Shown here one piece after another: positions 48,122 through 59,700 of a DNA stretch of 64,000 nt. The number at the start of each line of letters is the position of its first letter. The first letter of the stretch is position 1. Origin of the DNA: Eledone cirrhosa (taxonomy: Eukaryota); assembly GCA_964016885.1 (NCBI GenBank), contig OZ024757.1, positions 4,464,001-4,528,000 on the forward strand. The letters are read 5' to 3'. Under the pieces are notes generated by a model, which did not search any database, had not been told where the DNA came from, and was given only the letters and a program-made list of their open reading frames with translations. A program made the position numbers and the translations under genes.

Positions 48122-51100
48122 TTCACCTCGTGGACGAGAATGCAAGCACTCCTCCTTGTTTCGGCCCAGGATGGCTAACATAACCCCATCCCCCCCCCCC
48201 CCGCGCCCCACCGCTCCCACCCTCCAAACGCAATCCAAAACTTCAGAGTTGGTACCATGAATGTAGGCACCTTAAAGGGTCGCTCTAACGAGGTTGTAGA
48301 AATGCTTGAACGTAAGGAGGTCGATGTTTGTTGTATTCAAGAGACCAGGTGGAGGGGAGGGTCGGCTAGATTCATCGTGGGTAAAGAGCGATGCTATAAG
48401 CTTTTCTGGGTGGGAAATGACAATGGGTTGGGTGGGGTAGGAATCACGGTAGCAGAAAAGTGGGCAGATAAGATAATAGACGTAAATAGAGTGAACGACA
48501 GAATAATTAAAATAAGACTTGTCCTCAATAAAACTACGGTGACAGTAATATCTGCGTACGCACCCCAATCCGGACAGCCCCGCGCTATAAAAGACAGATT
48601 CTACGAGACACTGATGCTCGCTACCTCCCAAATAACCGACAGTGACTATATAGTTATTGCAGGCGACCTAAATGGTCACGTTGGACAACATTGTGACGGC
48701 TATGACGGAATCCATGGAGGCTATGGGTTCGGTACTAGAAATGAGGAAGGCTCCAGAATCCTGGAATTCTGCGACGCAAATAACTTAACTATCTGTAACA
48801 CTAACTTCAAAAAACGAGACAATCACTTGATCACCTATAGATCGGGGGAACACACAAGCCAGGTAGATTATATCCTTACCAGAAGACGTGACAGAGTGTC
48901 TGTTGTTAACACTAAATCCCACCCCCATGAAGAATTCACCTCCCAACATAGACTGATAATTAGCGACCTCATAGTCAGGACGAGACGTACTAGACAGCGA
49001 AAGAGGACTATCCTCAGGAGAAAAATATGGAAGCTAAAGGACCCCATAGCCAGAAATAAATTTCAAAGCAAATTACTTGACGCTTTCGACAGTAAGGAAG
49101 AGCAATTAGAGTCGTATAATATAGAGGAACAGTGGGAATTCCTGAGAGCAAACCTGCTGACGGCGGCAGACGAAGTCTGTGGCTGGAGCAGGCCTGTAGG
49201 TAGGAGGAGAGTAACATGGTGGTGGAACAGTAAGGTGGAGGAGTCAATTAAGGCCAAAAAGCAGGCTTGGAAAGTATGGCGGAAGTAGAGAAGACTATCA
49301 AGTGGCCAGGAGGGAAGCTAGGAGACAAGTGTACTTCGCAAGAAGGGAAGCAGAGGAAAGAAAGTTCAAGCATGTTCTACAACGTGAGGACCAAAAACGT
49401 GAGGTGTTCAGGATTGCCAGGCAATCTGTCAAGGAAAACCGTGATATTGTCGGGGAGAAGTGTGTACTTAACGATGATGGCATACTTGCCATCACCGACG
49501 CTGATAAGAAGGTAGCTTGGAAGTGTCACTACGAAAGGCTTCTAAATGAGGAGAACAAATGGGAGAAAGACAGTCTCCCCCAGATCGATCCAATAGAGGG
49601 ACCAGCAGTGTTAGTTGAAGGTAGTATAATAAGTAAGGCAATCAAAGATATGAAGACGGGTAAGGCGGCTGGGCCTTCGGAAATAGTTGCTGAGATGCTG
49701 AAGGCATCTGGTTCGGTGGGACACACCATGGTCACCCGGATAGTTAACCAAGTCGTACAGAATGGGGTTGTTCCGAAGGAATGGCGTAGCAGCATCATTG
49801 TTAACTGCTATAAGGGAAAAGGAGATGCCCTAGATAGGAGTAACTATAGAGGCATTAAATTAATCGACCAGGTCATGAAGGTCACGGAAAAAGTAATAGC
49901 GCAACTAATCAGAGAGAGAATTGATCTAGATGAAATGCAGTTCGGGTTTGTGTCAGGCAAAAGTACCACAGACGCTCTTTTCATTGTACGACAACTACAG
50001 GAGAAGTACCTAGGTAAAAGTAAACCCCTATACTTATCTTTTGTCGACTTGGAGAAAGCCTTCGACAGAGTCCCCCGTTCCATTATCTGGTGGTCTCTTA
50101 GAAAACTAGGTGTTGACGAATGGCTTGTGAGAGCTATACAAGCCATGTATAAAGAAACAGTCAGTAAGGTTAGAATTAACAACGAATATAGTGAAGAGTT
50201 TAGTGTAAAAGTTGGTGTCCATCAGGGCTCTGTACTTAGCCCCCTACTATTTATTATTGCCCTTCAGGCTATAACAGAGGAGTTCAAGACCGGCTGCCCA
50301 TGGGAACTCCTATACGCAGATGATCTAACGCTCATAGCTGAATCAATGACCGAACTAGAGAAGAAATTCCAAACGTGGAAGCACGGCCTAGAATCAAAAG
50401 GCCTTAAAATTAACCTGGCTAAGACTAAAGTTCTAGTTTGTAGGAAAGAAAATAAGGCGGCGGTCCCATCGGGGAAATGGCCATGCTCAGTGTGTAGGAA
50501 AGGCGTAGGTAGAAACTCCATTTTATGTCCCAAATGCAAAGTATGGGTGCATAAAAGATGTAGTGGGATCACAGGTAAGCTAACTAAGAACATAGATTTT
50601 ACATGTGGCCGGTGCTCTGGTGCAATAAGTAGCAGCAAGTGCCCACAAAATACTAGCTCCTTCAACTGCGCAGAGGGTTCTATAGAAATAGTGGACAGCT
50701 TCCGTTATCTGGGTGACAAAATCAGCAGTGGGGGAGGGTGCTCTGAAAGTACAGTAGCTAGAGTCAGAACTGGATGGAAAAAGTTCAGAGAGCTTATACC
50801 ACTATTAGCCGCTAGAGGGTTCTCCCTAAAAATGAAAGGCAGGTTATACGATGCCTGCATACGAACAGCAATGCTGCATGGCAGTGAGACCTGGGCATTG
50901 TGTGCAGAGGATATACGCAGACTAGAGAGGAACGAAGCTTGCATGCTCCGCTGGATGTGCAATAGTAATATACGTGAACGGCAAAGCATAAACGAACTAA
51001 GGAAAAAATTAGAAATAAGAGGGATCAGATGTTGTTTACTCGAGAGAAGGCTACGTTGGTACGGTCACGTGATGCGCATGAAAGACGACAGCTGTATAAC

Positions 51101-51778
51101 AAAGTGCAGGGCAATAAAGATAGACGGTAGCCACGGAGTAGGCAGACCCAGAAAAACATGGGACGAGCTGATAAATTCCGACCTCACACGCTTACACTTC
51201 TCCAAGACAATGTCACTGGACCGAGACCTTTGGCGGTACTCAGTAATAGAGAAGTCCCGCCTTACCTAAATACAAAGTAAAAACCTACTACAGTCAGTAG
51301 GCACCTCTATCAAAACACACCCCCGTCCCACCACCTCCACCCCACCCACACCGCCCCTTTCAATGTAAAGTTATGTTGGTCCCACAACATCCAGGCCGAA
51401 ACAAATGAGATCGTGTAGGTGTCACGACAAAAAACACACAGTCCACGCTGTAAATGTGGCCGTGTAGGCAACACGGTAAAAACCTCCCAGCCCCACACTG
51501 TAAATGTGGTTGGTGTTAGGAAGGGCATCCAGCTGTAGAAAACCCGCCAGACAGTCCACGCTGTAATGTGGCCGTGTAGGCAACATGGTAAAAACCTCCC
51601 AGCCCCACACTGTAAATGTGGTTGGTGTTAGGAAGGGCATCCAACTGTAGAAAACCCGCCAGACAGTCCTATGCGAGCAAGACAACCACTCTTGCCTCAA
51701 GTGGGAAAACCCCCGTCCAAACCCATGCAAGCGTGGAACACGGACGCTAAACCTGATGATGATGATGATGATGATGAT
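48122..51778 (+). mobile_element. RTE-clade LINE, near full length, one frameshift, antisense in an RTN4IP1 intron
   Basis: APE (NVGTL, QETRW, SAYAPQ, GDLNGHVG, VDY, SQH) and RT (YRGIKL, FVDLEKAFD, GVHQGSVLSPLLF, YADD), C-terminal RLRWYGHV..GRP..TW, (GAT)n tail. Confidence 0.93.
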
Positions 51779-51953
51779 TGATGCCAAGTATTTTTTAAGC
51801 TGTCTCACACGCACCCTCTCTATTGTATGTAGTATATATTTTTCTCATGTTCTCAATATTAAGGTATATAAATATTGAGTTTTGTCATATATTACTCACT
51901 ACCATGACTGAATCTTAACCATCTACTAAGTCAGGGTATGTCATGCATCATCT

Positions 51954-52020
51954 TATTTTATCTGATGAGGACGTACTGTTGAAGTTAACTCAGTACCTCT
52001 GAAATATGTATAATAAAATA
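51954..52020 (+). ncRNA. Type I hammerhead ribozyme, intact core
   Basis: tattttat-CTGATGA-gga-c-gtactg-loop-cagtac-c-tct-GAAA-t-atgt-a-TA-ataaaata. Confidence 0.8.
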
Positions 52021-52164
52021 TACTTGATCATAAGAATATCTATTTTGTTAATATTTTGAATTAATATTAATAACTCTGGAAACCTCTCAGTTGAGTGCTT
52101 CCAATCTATTGTAAAACTCATTCTTTGATTTATTCATTGAACCTTGTTTAACTTTTAAATATGT

Positions 52165-52208
<44 letters not shown>

Positions 52209-52328
52209 CAATGAGTTATTGAATTTGTTGATAATTCAACAAATTTAGTTTATAACAGCTTAGAAGCACTCAACAGCATTCTTATCAATAATATTAATAA
52301 ATGGAAGCTATCTTTATAAAACGATATT

Positions 52329-52389
52329 TATTTTATTATATATATTTCAAGGGTACCAAAACTTTGGTACGCTCTCATCAGATAAAATA
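52329..52389 (-). ncRNA. Type I hammerhead ribozyme, intact core, sense to RTN4IP1 pre-mRNA
   Basis: tattttat-CTGATGA-gag-c-gtacc-loop-ggtac-c-ctt-GAAA-t-atat-a-TA-ataaaata. Confidence 0.8.
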
Positions 52390-52464
52390 CAAAAGTTGGT
52401 TTATAGATAGTGACATATTCAAACTAGAACTTAATGTTGTGATTTCTATTTGAATAGAACACAA

Positions 52465-53575
52465 TGGTTGGTTGGTTGGATGGAGGGCTGGTGTTTGGTT
52501 CGATGTAGGGCTGGTTGGTTGGTTGGTTGGTCGGAGGGCTGGGTGGTTGGGTGGTTGGTTGGTTGGTTGGTTGGTTGGTTGGAGGGTTGGTTGGTTGGAG
52601 GGTTGGTTGGTTGGAGGGTTGGTTGTTTTGTTGGTTGGTTGGTTGGTTGGTTGGAGGGCTGGTTGGTTGGCTGGTTGGTTGGTAGGTTGGTTGGAGGGTT
52701 GGTTGTTTTGTTGGTTGGTTGGTTGGTTGGTTGGAGGGCTGGTTGGTAGGCTGGCTGGTTGGTTGGAGGGCTGGTTGGTTGGTTGGAGGGCTGGTTGGTT
52801 GGTTGGAGGGCTGGTTGGTTAGAGGGCTGGTTGGTTGGATGGGGGCCTGGTTGGTTGGTTGGAGGGCTTGTTGGTTAGAAGGCTGGTTAGTTGGTTGGTT
52901 GGTTGGTTGGAGGGCTGGTTGGTTGGTTGGTTAGTTGGTTGGAGGGATGGTTGGTTGGTTGGTTGGTTGGTTAGAGGGCTGGTTGGTTGGTTGGGGGGCT
53001 AGTTGGTTGGTTGGTTGGAGAGCTGGTTGGTAGGTTAGAGGGCTGGTTGGTTGAGGGCTGGTTGGTTGGAGGGCTGGTTTCTTGGTTGATTGGCTGGTTG
53101 GTTGGATGGTTAGTTGGTTGGTTGGATGGTTAGATGGTTGGTTGGTGGGTTGGATGGTTGGTTGGAGGACTGGTTGGTTGTTTGGATGATTGGTTAGACA
53201 GTTGGATGGTTGGTTGGTTGGTTGGTTGGATGGTTGATTGTACGGTTGGATGGTTGGATGGCTGGACGGCTAGATGGATGGATGGTTGGTTGGTTGGTTC
53301 GTTCGTTGGATGTTTGGCTGGTTGGATGGCTGGATGGAAGGTTGGATGGTTGGTTGGACGTTAGATGGATGGTTGGACGGTTGGATGGTTGATTTGACAG
53401 TTGGATGGATGACTGGCTGGTTGGATGGATGGTTGGTTGGATGGCTGGACAGTTAGATGGATGGTTGGATGGTTGGAGGGCTGGAGGGTAAATGGTTGGA
53501 TGGATGGTTGGACGGTTGAATGGTTGGATGGTTGGTTGGTTGGATCGTTGGATGGTTGGACGGTTGGATGGTTGG
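52465..53575. repeat. (GGTT)n/(GGAT)n-based G-rich simple repeat
   Basis: Direct reading. Ends a few bases from the exon donor. Confidence 0.95.
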
Positions 53576-53586
53576 TCTTAACTCAC

Positions 53587-53723
53587 CCGTCCATCTTTGC
53601 CAGTTCGTCCTCTTCTATCTGTGTTTTATAATCAATGACCTTATCAGCTCCAAGTGAGGTGACGAGGTCAACAGCATTTGTACTGCAAGTGGAGGTGACA
53701 TAGGCACCCCAGCCCTTCATCAG
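53587..53723 (-). CDS. RTN4IP1: RTN4IP1 internal exon (137 bp); upstream exons lie outside the window
   Basis: [46 protein letters not shown] (human VMKAWDAHVTAVCS..LGADDVIDYK). Acceptor TTTTCAG, donor GTGAGT. Phase 0/2. Confidence 0.92.
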
Positions 53724-53744
53724 CTGAAAAGAGAAGTGAGGTTA

Positions 53745-56700
53745 CATAGGTGTCAGATAGAGAGGGGGAAAGATAGGACCTCTTTTACTAGGTGTGAGTG
53801 AGAGAGATAGGACCTCCTTCACTAGGTGAGAGAGAGAGATATGATCTCCTTCATTAGGTATGAGAGAGAGAGAGATAGGACCTCCTTCACTAGGTGAGAG
53901 AGAGAGAGATAGGAGCTCCTTCACTAGGTGAGAGAGAGAGATAGGATCTCCTTCACTAGGTATGAGAGAGAGATATGACCTCCTTCACTAGGTGAGAGGG
54001 AGAGAGAGATAGGATCTCCTTCACTAGGTGTGAGTGAGAGATAGGATCTCCTTCACTAGGTGTGAGTGAGACATAGGATCTCCTTCACTAGGTGTGAGTG
54101 AGAGAGATAGGATCTCCTTCACTAGGTGTGAGAGAGAGAAATAGGACCTCCTTCACTAGGTGTGAGAGAGAGAGATAGGATCTCCTTCACTAGTTGAGAG
54201 AGAGATAGGACCTCCTTCACTAGTTGAGAGAGAGATAGGACCTCCTTCACTAGGTGAGAGAGAGATAGGACCTCCTTCACTAGGTGAGAGAGAGATAGGA
54301 CCTCCTTCACTAGGTGTGAGAGAGAGAGATAGGATCTCCTTCACTAGTTGAGAGAGAGAGAGAGATAGGACCTCCTTCACTAGGTGAGAGGGAGAGAGAG
54401 ATAGGATCTCCTTCACTAGGTGTGAGTGAGAGATAGGATCTCCTTCACTAGGTGTGAGTGAGACATAGGATCTCCTGCACTAGGTGTGAGAGAGAGATAG
54501 GATCTCCTTCACTAGGTGTGAGAGAGAGATAGGATCTCCTTCACTAGGTGTGAGAGAGAGAGATAGGATCTCCTTCACTAGGTGTGAGAGAGAGAGATAG
54601 GACCTCCTTCACTAGGTGTGAGAGAGAGATAGGATCTCCTTCACTAGGTGTGAGAGAGAGAGATAGGATCTCCTTCACTAGGTGTGAGAGAGAGAGATAG
54701 GATCTCCTTCACTAGGTGTGAGAGAGAGATAGGACCTCCTTCACTAGTTGAGAGAGAGATAGGACCTCCTTCACTAGGTGAGAGAGAGAGAGAGATAGGA
54801 TCTCCTTCACTAGGTGAGAGAGAGACAGATAGGACCTCCTTCACTAGGTGAGAGAGAGAGAGATAGGATCTCCTTCACTAGGTGTGAGAGAGAGATAGGA
54901 CCTCCTTCACTAGTTGAGAGAGAGATAGGACCTCCTTCACTAGGTGAGAGAGAGAGAGATAGGACCTCCTTCACTAGGTGAGAGAGAGATAGGACCTCCT
55001 TCACTAGTTGAGAGAGAGAGAGAGAGATAGGATCTCCTTCACTAGGTGTGAGTGAGAGAGATAGGAGCTCCTTCACTAGGTGAGAGAGAGAGAGAGATAG
55101 GATCTCCTTCACTAGGTGTGAGAGAGAGATAGGACCTCCTTCACTAGTTGAGAGAGAGATAGGACCTCCTTCACTAGGTGAGAGAGAGAGAGATAGGATC
55201 TCCTTCACTAGGTGTGAGAGAGAGATAGGACCTCCTTCACTAGTTGAGAGAGAGATAGGACCTCCTTCACTAGGTGAGAGAGAGAGAGATATGATCTCCT
55301 TAACTAGGTGTGAGAGAGAGATAGGACCTCCTTCACTAGTTGAGAGAGAGATAGGACCTCCTTCACTAGGTGAGAGAGAGAGATAGGACCTCCTTCACTA
55401 GGTGTGAGTGAGAGAGATAGGATCTCCTTCACTAGGTGTGAGAGAGAGAGATAGGACCTCCTTCACTAGGTGAGAGAGAGATAGGACCTTCTTCACTAGT
55501 TGAGAGAGAGAGAGAGATAGGACCTCCTTCACTAGGTGTGAGTGAGAGAGATAGGATCTCCTTCACTAGGTGAGAGAGAGAGATAGGACCTCCTTCACTA
55601 GGTGAGAGAGAGAGAGATAGGACCTCCTTCACTAGGTGTGAGAGAGAGAGATAGGACCTCCTTCACTAGGTGAGAGAGAGAGAGAGAGAGATAGGATCTC
55701 CTTCACTAGGTGAGAGAGAGAGAGAGATAGGACCTCCTTCACTAGTTGAGAGAGAGATAGGACCTCCTTCACTAGGTGAGAGAGAGAGATAGGACCTCCT
55801 TCACTAGGTGTGAGAGAGAGAGATAGGACCTCCTTCACTAGGTGAGAGAGAAAAGAGAGATAGGACCTCCTTCACTAGGTGAGAGAGAGAGAGATAGGAC
55901 CTTCTTCACTAGGTGAGAGAGAGAGAGATAGGACCTCCTTCACTAGGTGAGAGGGAGAGAGAGATAGGACCTCCTTCACTAGGTCAGAGAGAGAGATAGG
56001 ACCTCCTTCACTAGGTGAGAGAGAGAGATAGGACCTCCTTCACTAGGTGTGAGAGAGAGAGATAGGATCTCCTTCACTAGGTGTGAGAGATAGAGATAGG
56101 AACTCCTTCACTAGGTGAGAGGGAGAGACAGATAGGACCTCCTTCACTAGGTGAGGGAGAGAGAGAAATAGGACCTCCTTCACAAGGTGAGAGAGAGAGA
56201 TAGGACCTCGTTAACTAGGTGTTAGAGAGAGATAGGACCTTCTTCACTAGGTGTGAGAGAGAGATAAGATCTCCTTCACTAGGTGAGAGGGAGAGAGAGA
56301 TAGGACCTCCTTCACTAGGTGAGAGAGAGAGATAGTACCTCCTTCACTAGGTGAGAGAGAGAGATATGATCTCCTTCACTAGGTGAGAGAGAGATATAGG
56401 ATCTCCTTCACTAGGTGAGAGAGAGAGAGAGAGAGATAGGACCTCCTTCACTAGGTGTGAGAGAGAGATAGGACCTCCTTCACTAGGTGAGAGAGAGAGA
56501 GATAGAATCTCCTTCACTAGGTGTGAGAGAGAGAGATAGGATCTCCTTCACTAGTTGAGAGAGAGAGAGATAGGATCTCCTTCACTAGTTGAGAGAGAGA
56601 TAGGACCTCCTTCACTAGGTGTGAGAGAGAGAGATAGGATCTCCTTCACTAGTTGAGAGAGAGAGAGATAGGATCTCCTTCACTAGTTGAGAGAGAGATA

Positions 56701-59700
56701 GGACCTCCTTCACTAGGTGAGAGAGGGAGAGAGATAGGACCTCCTTCACTAGGTGTGAGTGAGAGAGATAGGATCTCCTTCACTAGGTGCGAGAGAGATA
56801 GGACCTCCTTCACTAGTTGAGAGAGAGAGAGAGATAGGACCTCCTTCACTAGGTGTGAGTGAGAGAGATAGGATCTCCTTCACTAGGTGAGAGAGAGAGA
56901 TAGGACCTCCTTCACTAGGTGTGAGTGAGAGAGATAGGATCTCCTTCACTAGGTGTGAGAGAGAGAGATAGGACCTCCTTCACTAGGTGAGAGAGAGATA
57001 GGACCTCCTTCACTAGTTGAGAGAGAGAGAGAGATAGGACCTCCTTCACTAGGTGTGAGTGAGAGAGATAGGATCTCCTTCACTAGGTGAGAGAGAGAGA
57101 TAGGACCTCCTTCACTAGGTGAGAGAGAGAGAGATAGGACCTCCTTCACTAGGTATGAGAGAGAGAGATAGGACCTCCTTCACTAGGTGAGAGAGAGAGA
57201 GAGAGAGATAGGATCTCCTTCACTAGGTGAGAGAGAGAGAGAGATAGGACCTCCTTCACTAGTTGAGAGAGAGATAGGACCTCCTTCACTAGGTGAGAGA
57301 GAGAGATAGGACCTCCTTCACTAGGTGTGAGAGAGAGAGATAGGACCTCCTTCACTAGGTGAGAGAGAAAAGAGAGATAGGACCTCCTTCACTAGGTGAG
57401 AGAGAGAGAGATAGGACCTTCTTCACTAGGTGAGAGAGAGAGAGATAGGACCTCCTTCACTAGGTGAGAGGGAGAGAGAGATAGGACCTCCTTCACTAGG
57501 TCAGAGAGAGAGATAGGACCTCCTTCACTAGGTGAGAGAGAGAGATAGGACCTCCTTCACTAGGTGTGAGAGAGAGAGATAGGATCTCCTTCACTAGGTG
57601 GGAGAGATAGAGATAGGACCTCCTTCACTAGGTGAGAGGGAGAGACAGATAGGACCTCCTTCACTAGGTGAGGGAGAGAGAGAAATAGGACCTCCTTCAC
57701 AAGGTGAGAGAGAGAGATAGGACCTCGTTAACTAGGTGTTAGAGAGAGATAGGACCTTCTTCACTAGGTGTGAGAGAGAGATAAGATCTCCTTCACTAGG
57801 TGAGAGGGAGAGAGAGATAGGACCTCCTTCACTAGGTGAGAGAGAGAGATAGTACCTCCTTCACTAGGTGAGAGAGAGAGATATGATCTCCTTCACTAGG
57901 TGAGAGAGAGATATAGGATCTCCTTCACTAGGTGAGAGAGAGAGAGAGAGAGATAGGACCTCCTTCACTAGGTGTGAGAGAGAGAGATAGGATCTCCTTC
58001 ACTAGTTGAGAGAGAGAGAGATAGGATCTCCTTCACTAGTTGAGAGAGAGAGAGATAGGATCTCCTTCACTAGGTGTGTGAGAGAGATAGGATCTCCTTC
58101 ACTAGTTGAGAGAGAGAGAGATAGGATCTCCTTCACTAGGTGTGTGAGAGAGATAGGATCTCCTTCATTAGGTGTGTGAGAGAGATAGGATCTCCTTCAC
58201 TAGGTGTGTGAGAGACATAGGATCTCCTTCACTAGGTGTGAGAGAGATAGGACCTCCTTCACTAGGTGTGTGAGAGAGAGATAGGATCTCCTTCACTAGG
58301 TGTGTGAGAGAGAGAGGATCTCCTTCACTAGTTGAGAGAGAGAGAGATAGGATCTCCTTCACTAGGTGTGTGAGAGAGATAGGATCTCCTTCACTAGGTG
58401 TGTGAGAGAGATAGGACCTCCTTCACTAGGTGAGAGAGAGAGAGAGAGAGATAGGATCTCCTTCACTAGGTGTGAGAGATAGAGATAGGACCTCCTTCAC
58501 TAGGTGAGAGGGAGAGACAGATAGGACCTCCTTCACTAGGTGAGAGAGAGAGAGAGATAGGACCTCCTTCACAAGGTGAGAGAGAGAGATAGGACCTCGT
58601 TAACTAGGTGTTAGAGAGAGATAGGACCTTCTTCACTAGGTGTGAGAGAGAGATAGGATCTCCTTCACTAGGTGAGAGGGAGAGAGAGATAGGACCTCCT
58701 TCACTAGGTGAGAGAGAGAGATAGGACCTCCTTCACTAGGTGAGAGAGAGAGATATGATCTCCTTCACTAGGTGAGAGAGAGATATAGGATCTCCTTCAC
58801 TAGGTGAGAGAGAGAGTGAGAGAGATAGGACCTCCTTCACTAGGTGTGAGAGAGAGAGATAGGACCTCCTTCACTAGGTGAGAGAGAGAGAGATAGGACC
58901 TCCTTCACTAGGTGAGAGAGAGATAGGACCTCCTTCACTAGTTGAGAGAGAGAGAGAGAGATAGGATCTCCTTCACTAGGTGTGAGTGAGAGAGATAGGA
59001 GCTCCTTCACTAGGTGAGAGAGAGAGATAGGATCTCCTTCACTAGGTGTGAGAGAGAGATAGGACCTCCTTCACTAGTTGAGAGAGAGATAGGACCTCCT
59101 TCACTAGGTGAGAGAGAGAGAGATAGGATCTCCTTCACTAGGTGTGAGAGAGTGATAGGACCTCCTTCACTAGTTGAGAGAGAGATAGGACCTCCTTCAC
59201 TAGGTGAGAGAGAGAGAGATATGATCTCCTTAACTAGGTGTGAGAGAGAGATAGGACCTCCTTCACTAGTTGAGAGAGAGATAGGACCTCCTTCACTAGG
59301 TGAGAGAGAGAGAGATAGGACCTCCTTCACTAGGTGTGAGTGAGAGAGATAGGATCTCCTTCACTAGGTGCGAGAGAGATAGGACCTCCTTCACTAGTTG
59401 AGAGAGAGAGAGAGATAGGACCTCCTTCACTAGGTGTGAGTGAGAGAGATAGGACCTCCTTCACTAGGTGAGAGAGAGAGATAGGACCTCCTTCACTAGG
59501 TGTGAGTGAGAGAGATAGGATCTCCTTCACTAGGTGTGAGAGAGAGAGATAGGACCTCCTTCACTAGGTGAGAGAGAGATAGGACCTCCTTCACTAGTTG
59601 AGAGAGAGAGATAGGACCTCCTTCACTAGGTGTGAGTGAGAGAGATAGGATCTCCTTCACTAGGTGAGAGAGAGAGATAGGATCTCCTTCACTAGGTGAG

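Noticed and set aside
52450-53631. Trp/Gly-rich ORFs, or a telomere-like G-rich array
   Set aside because: It is a simple GGTT/GGAT repeat, not TTAGGG, and the ORFs are repeat translations.
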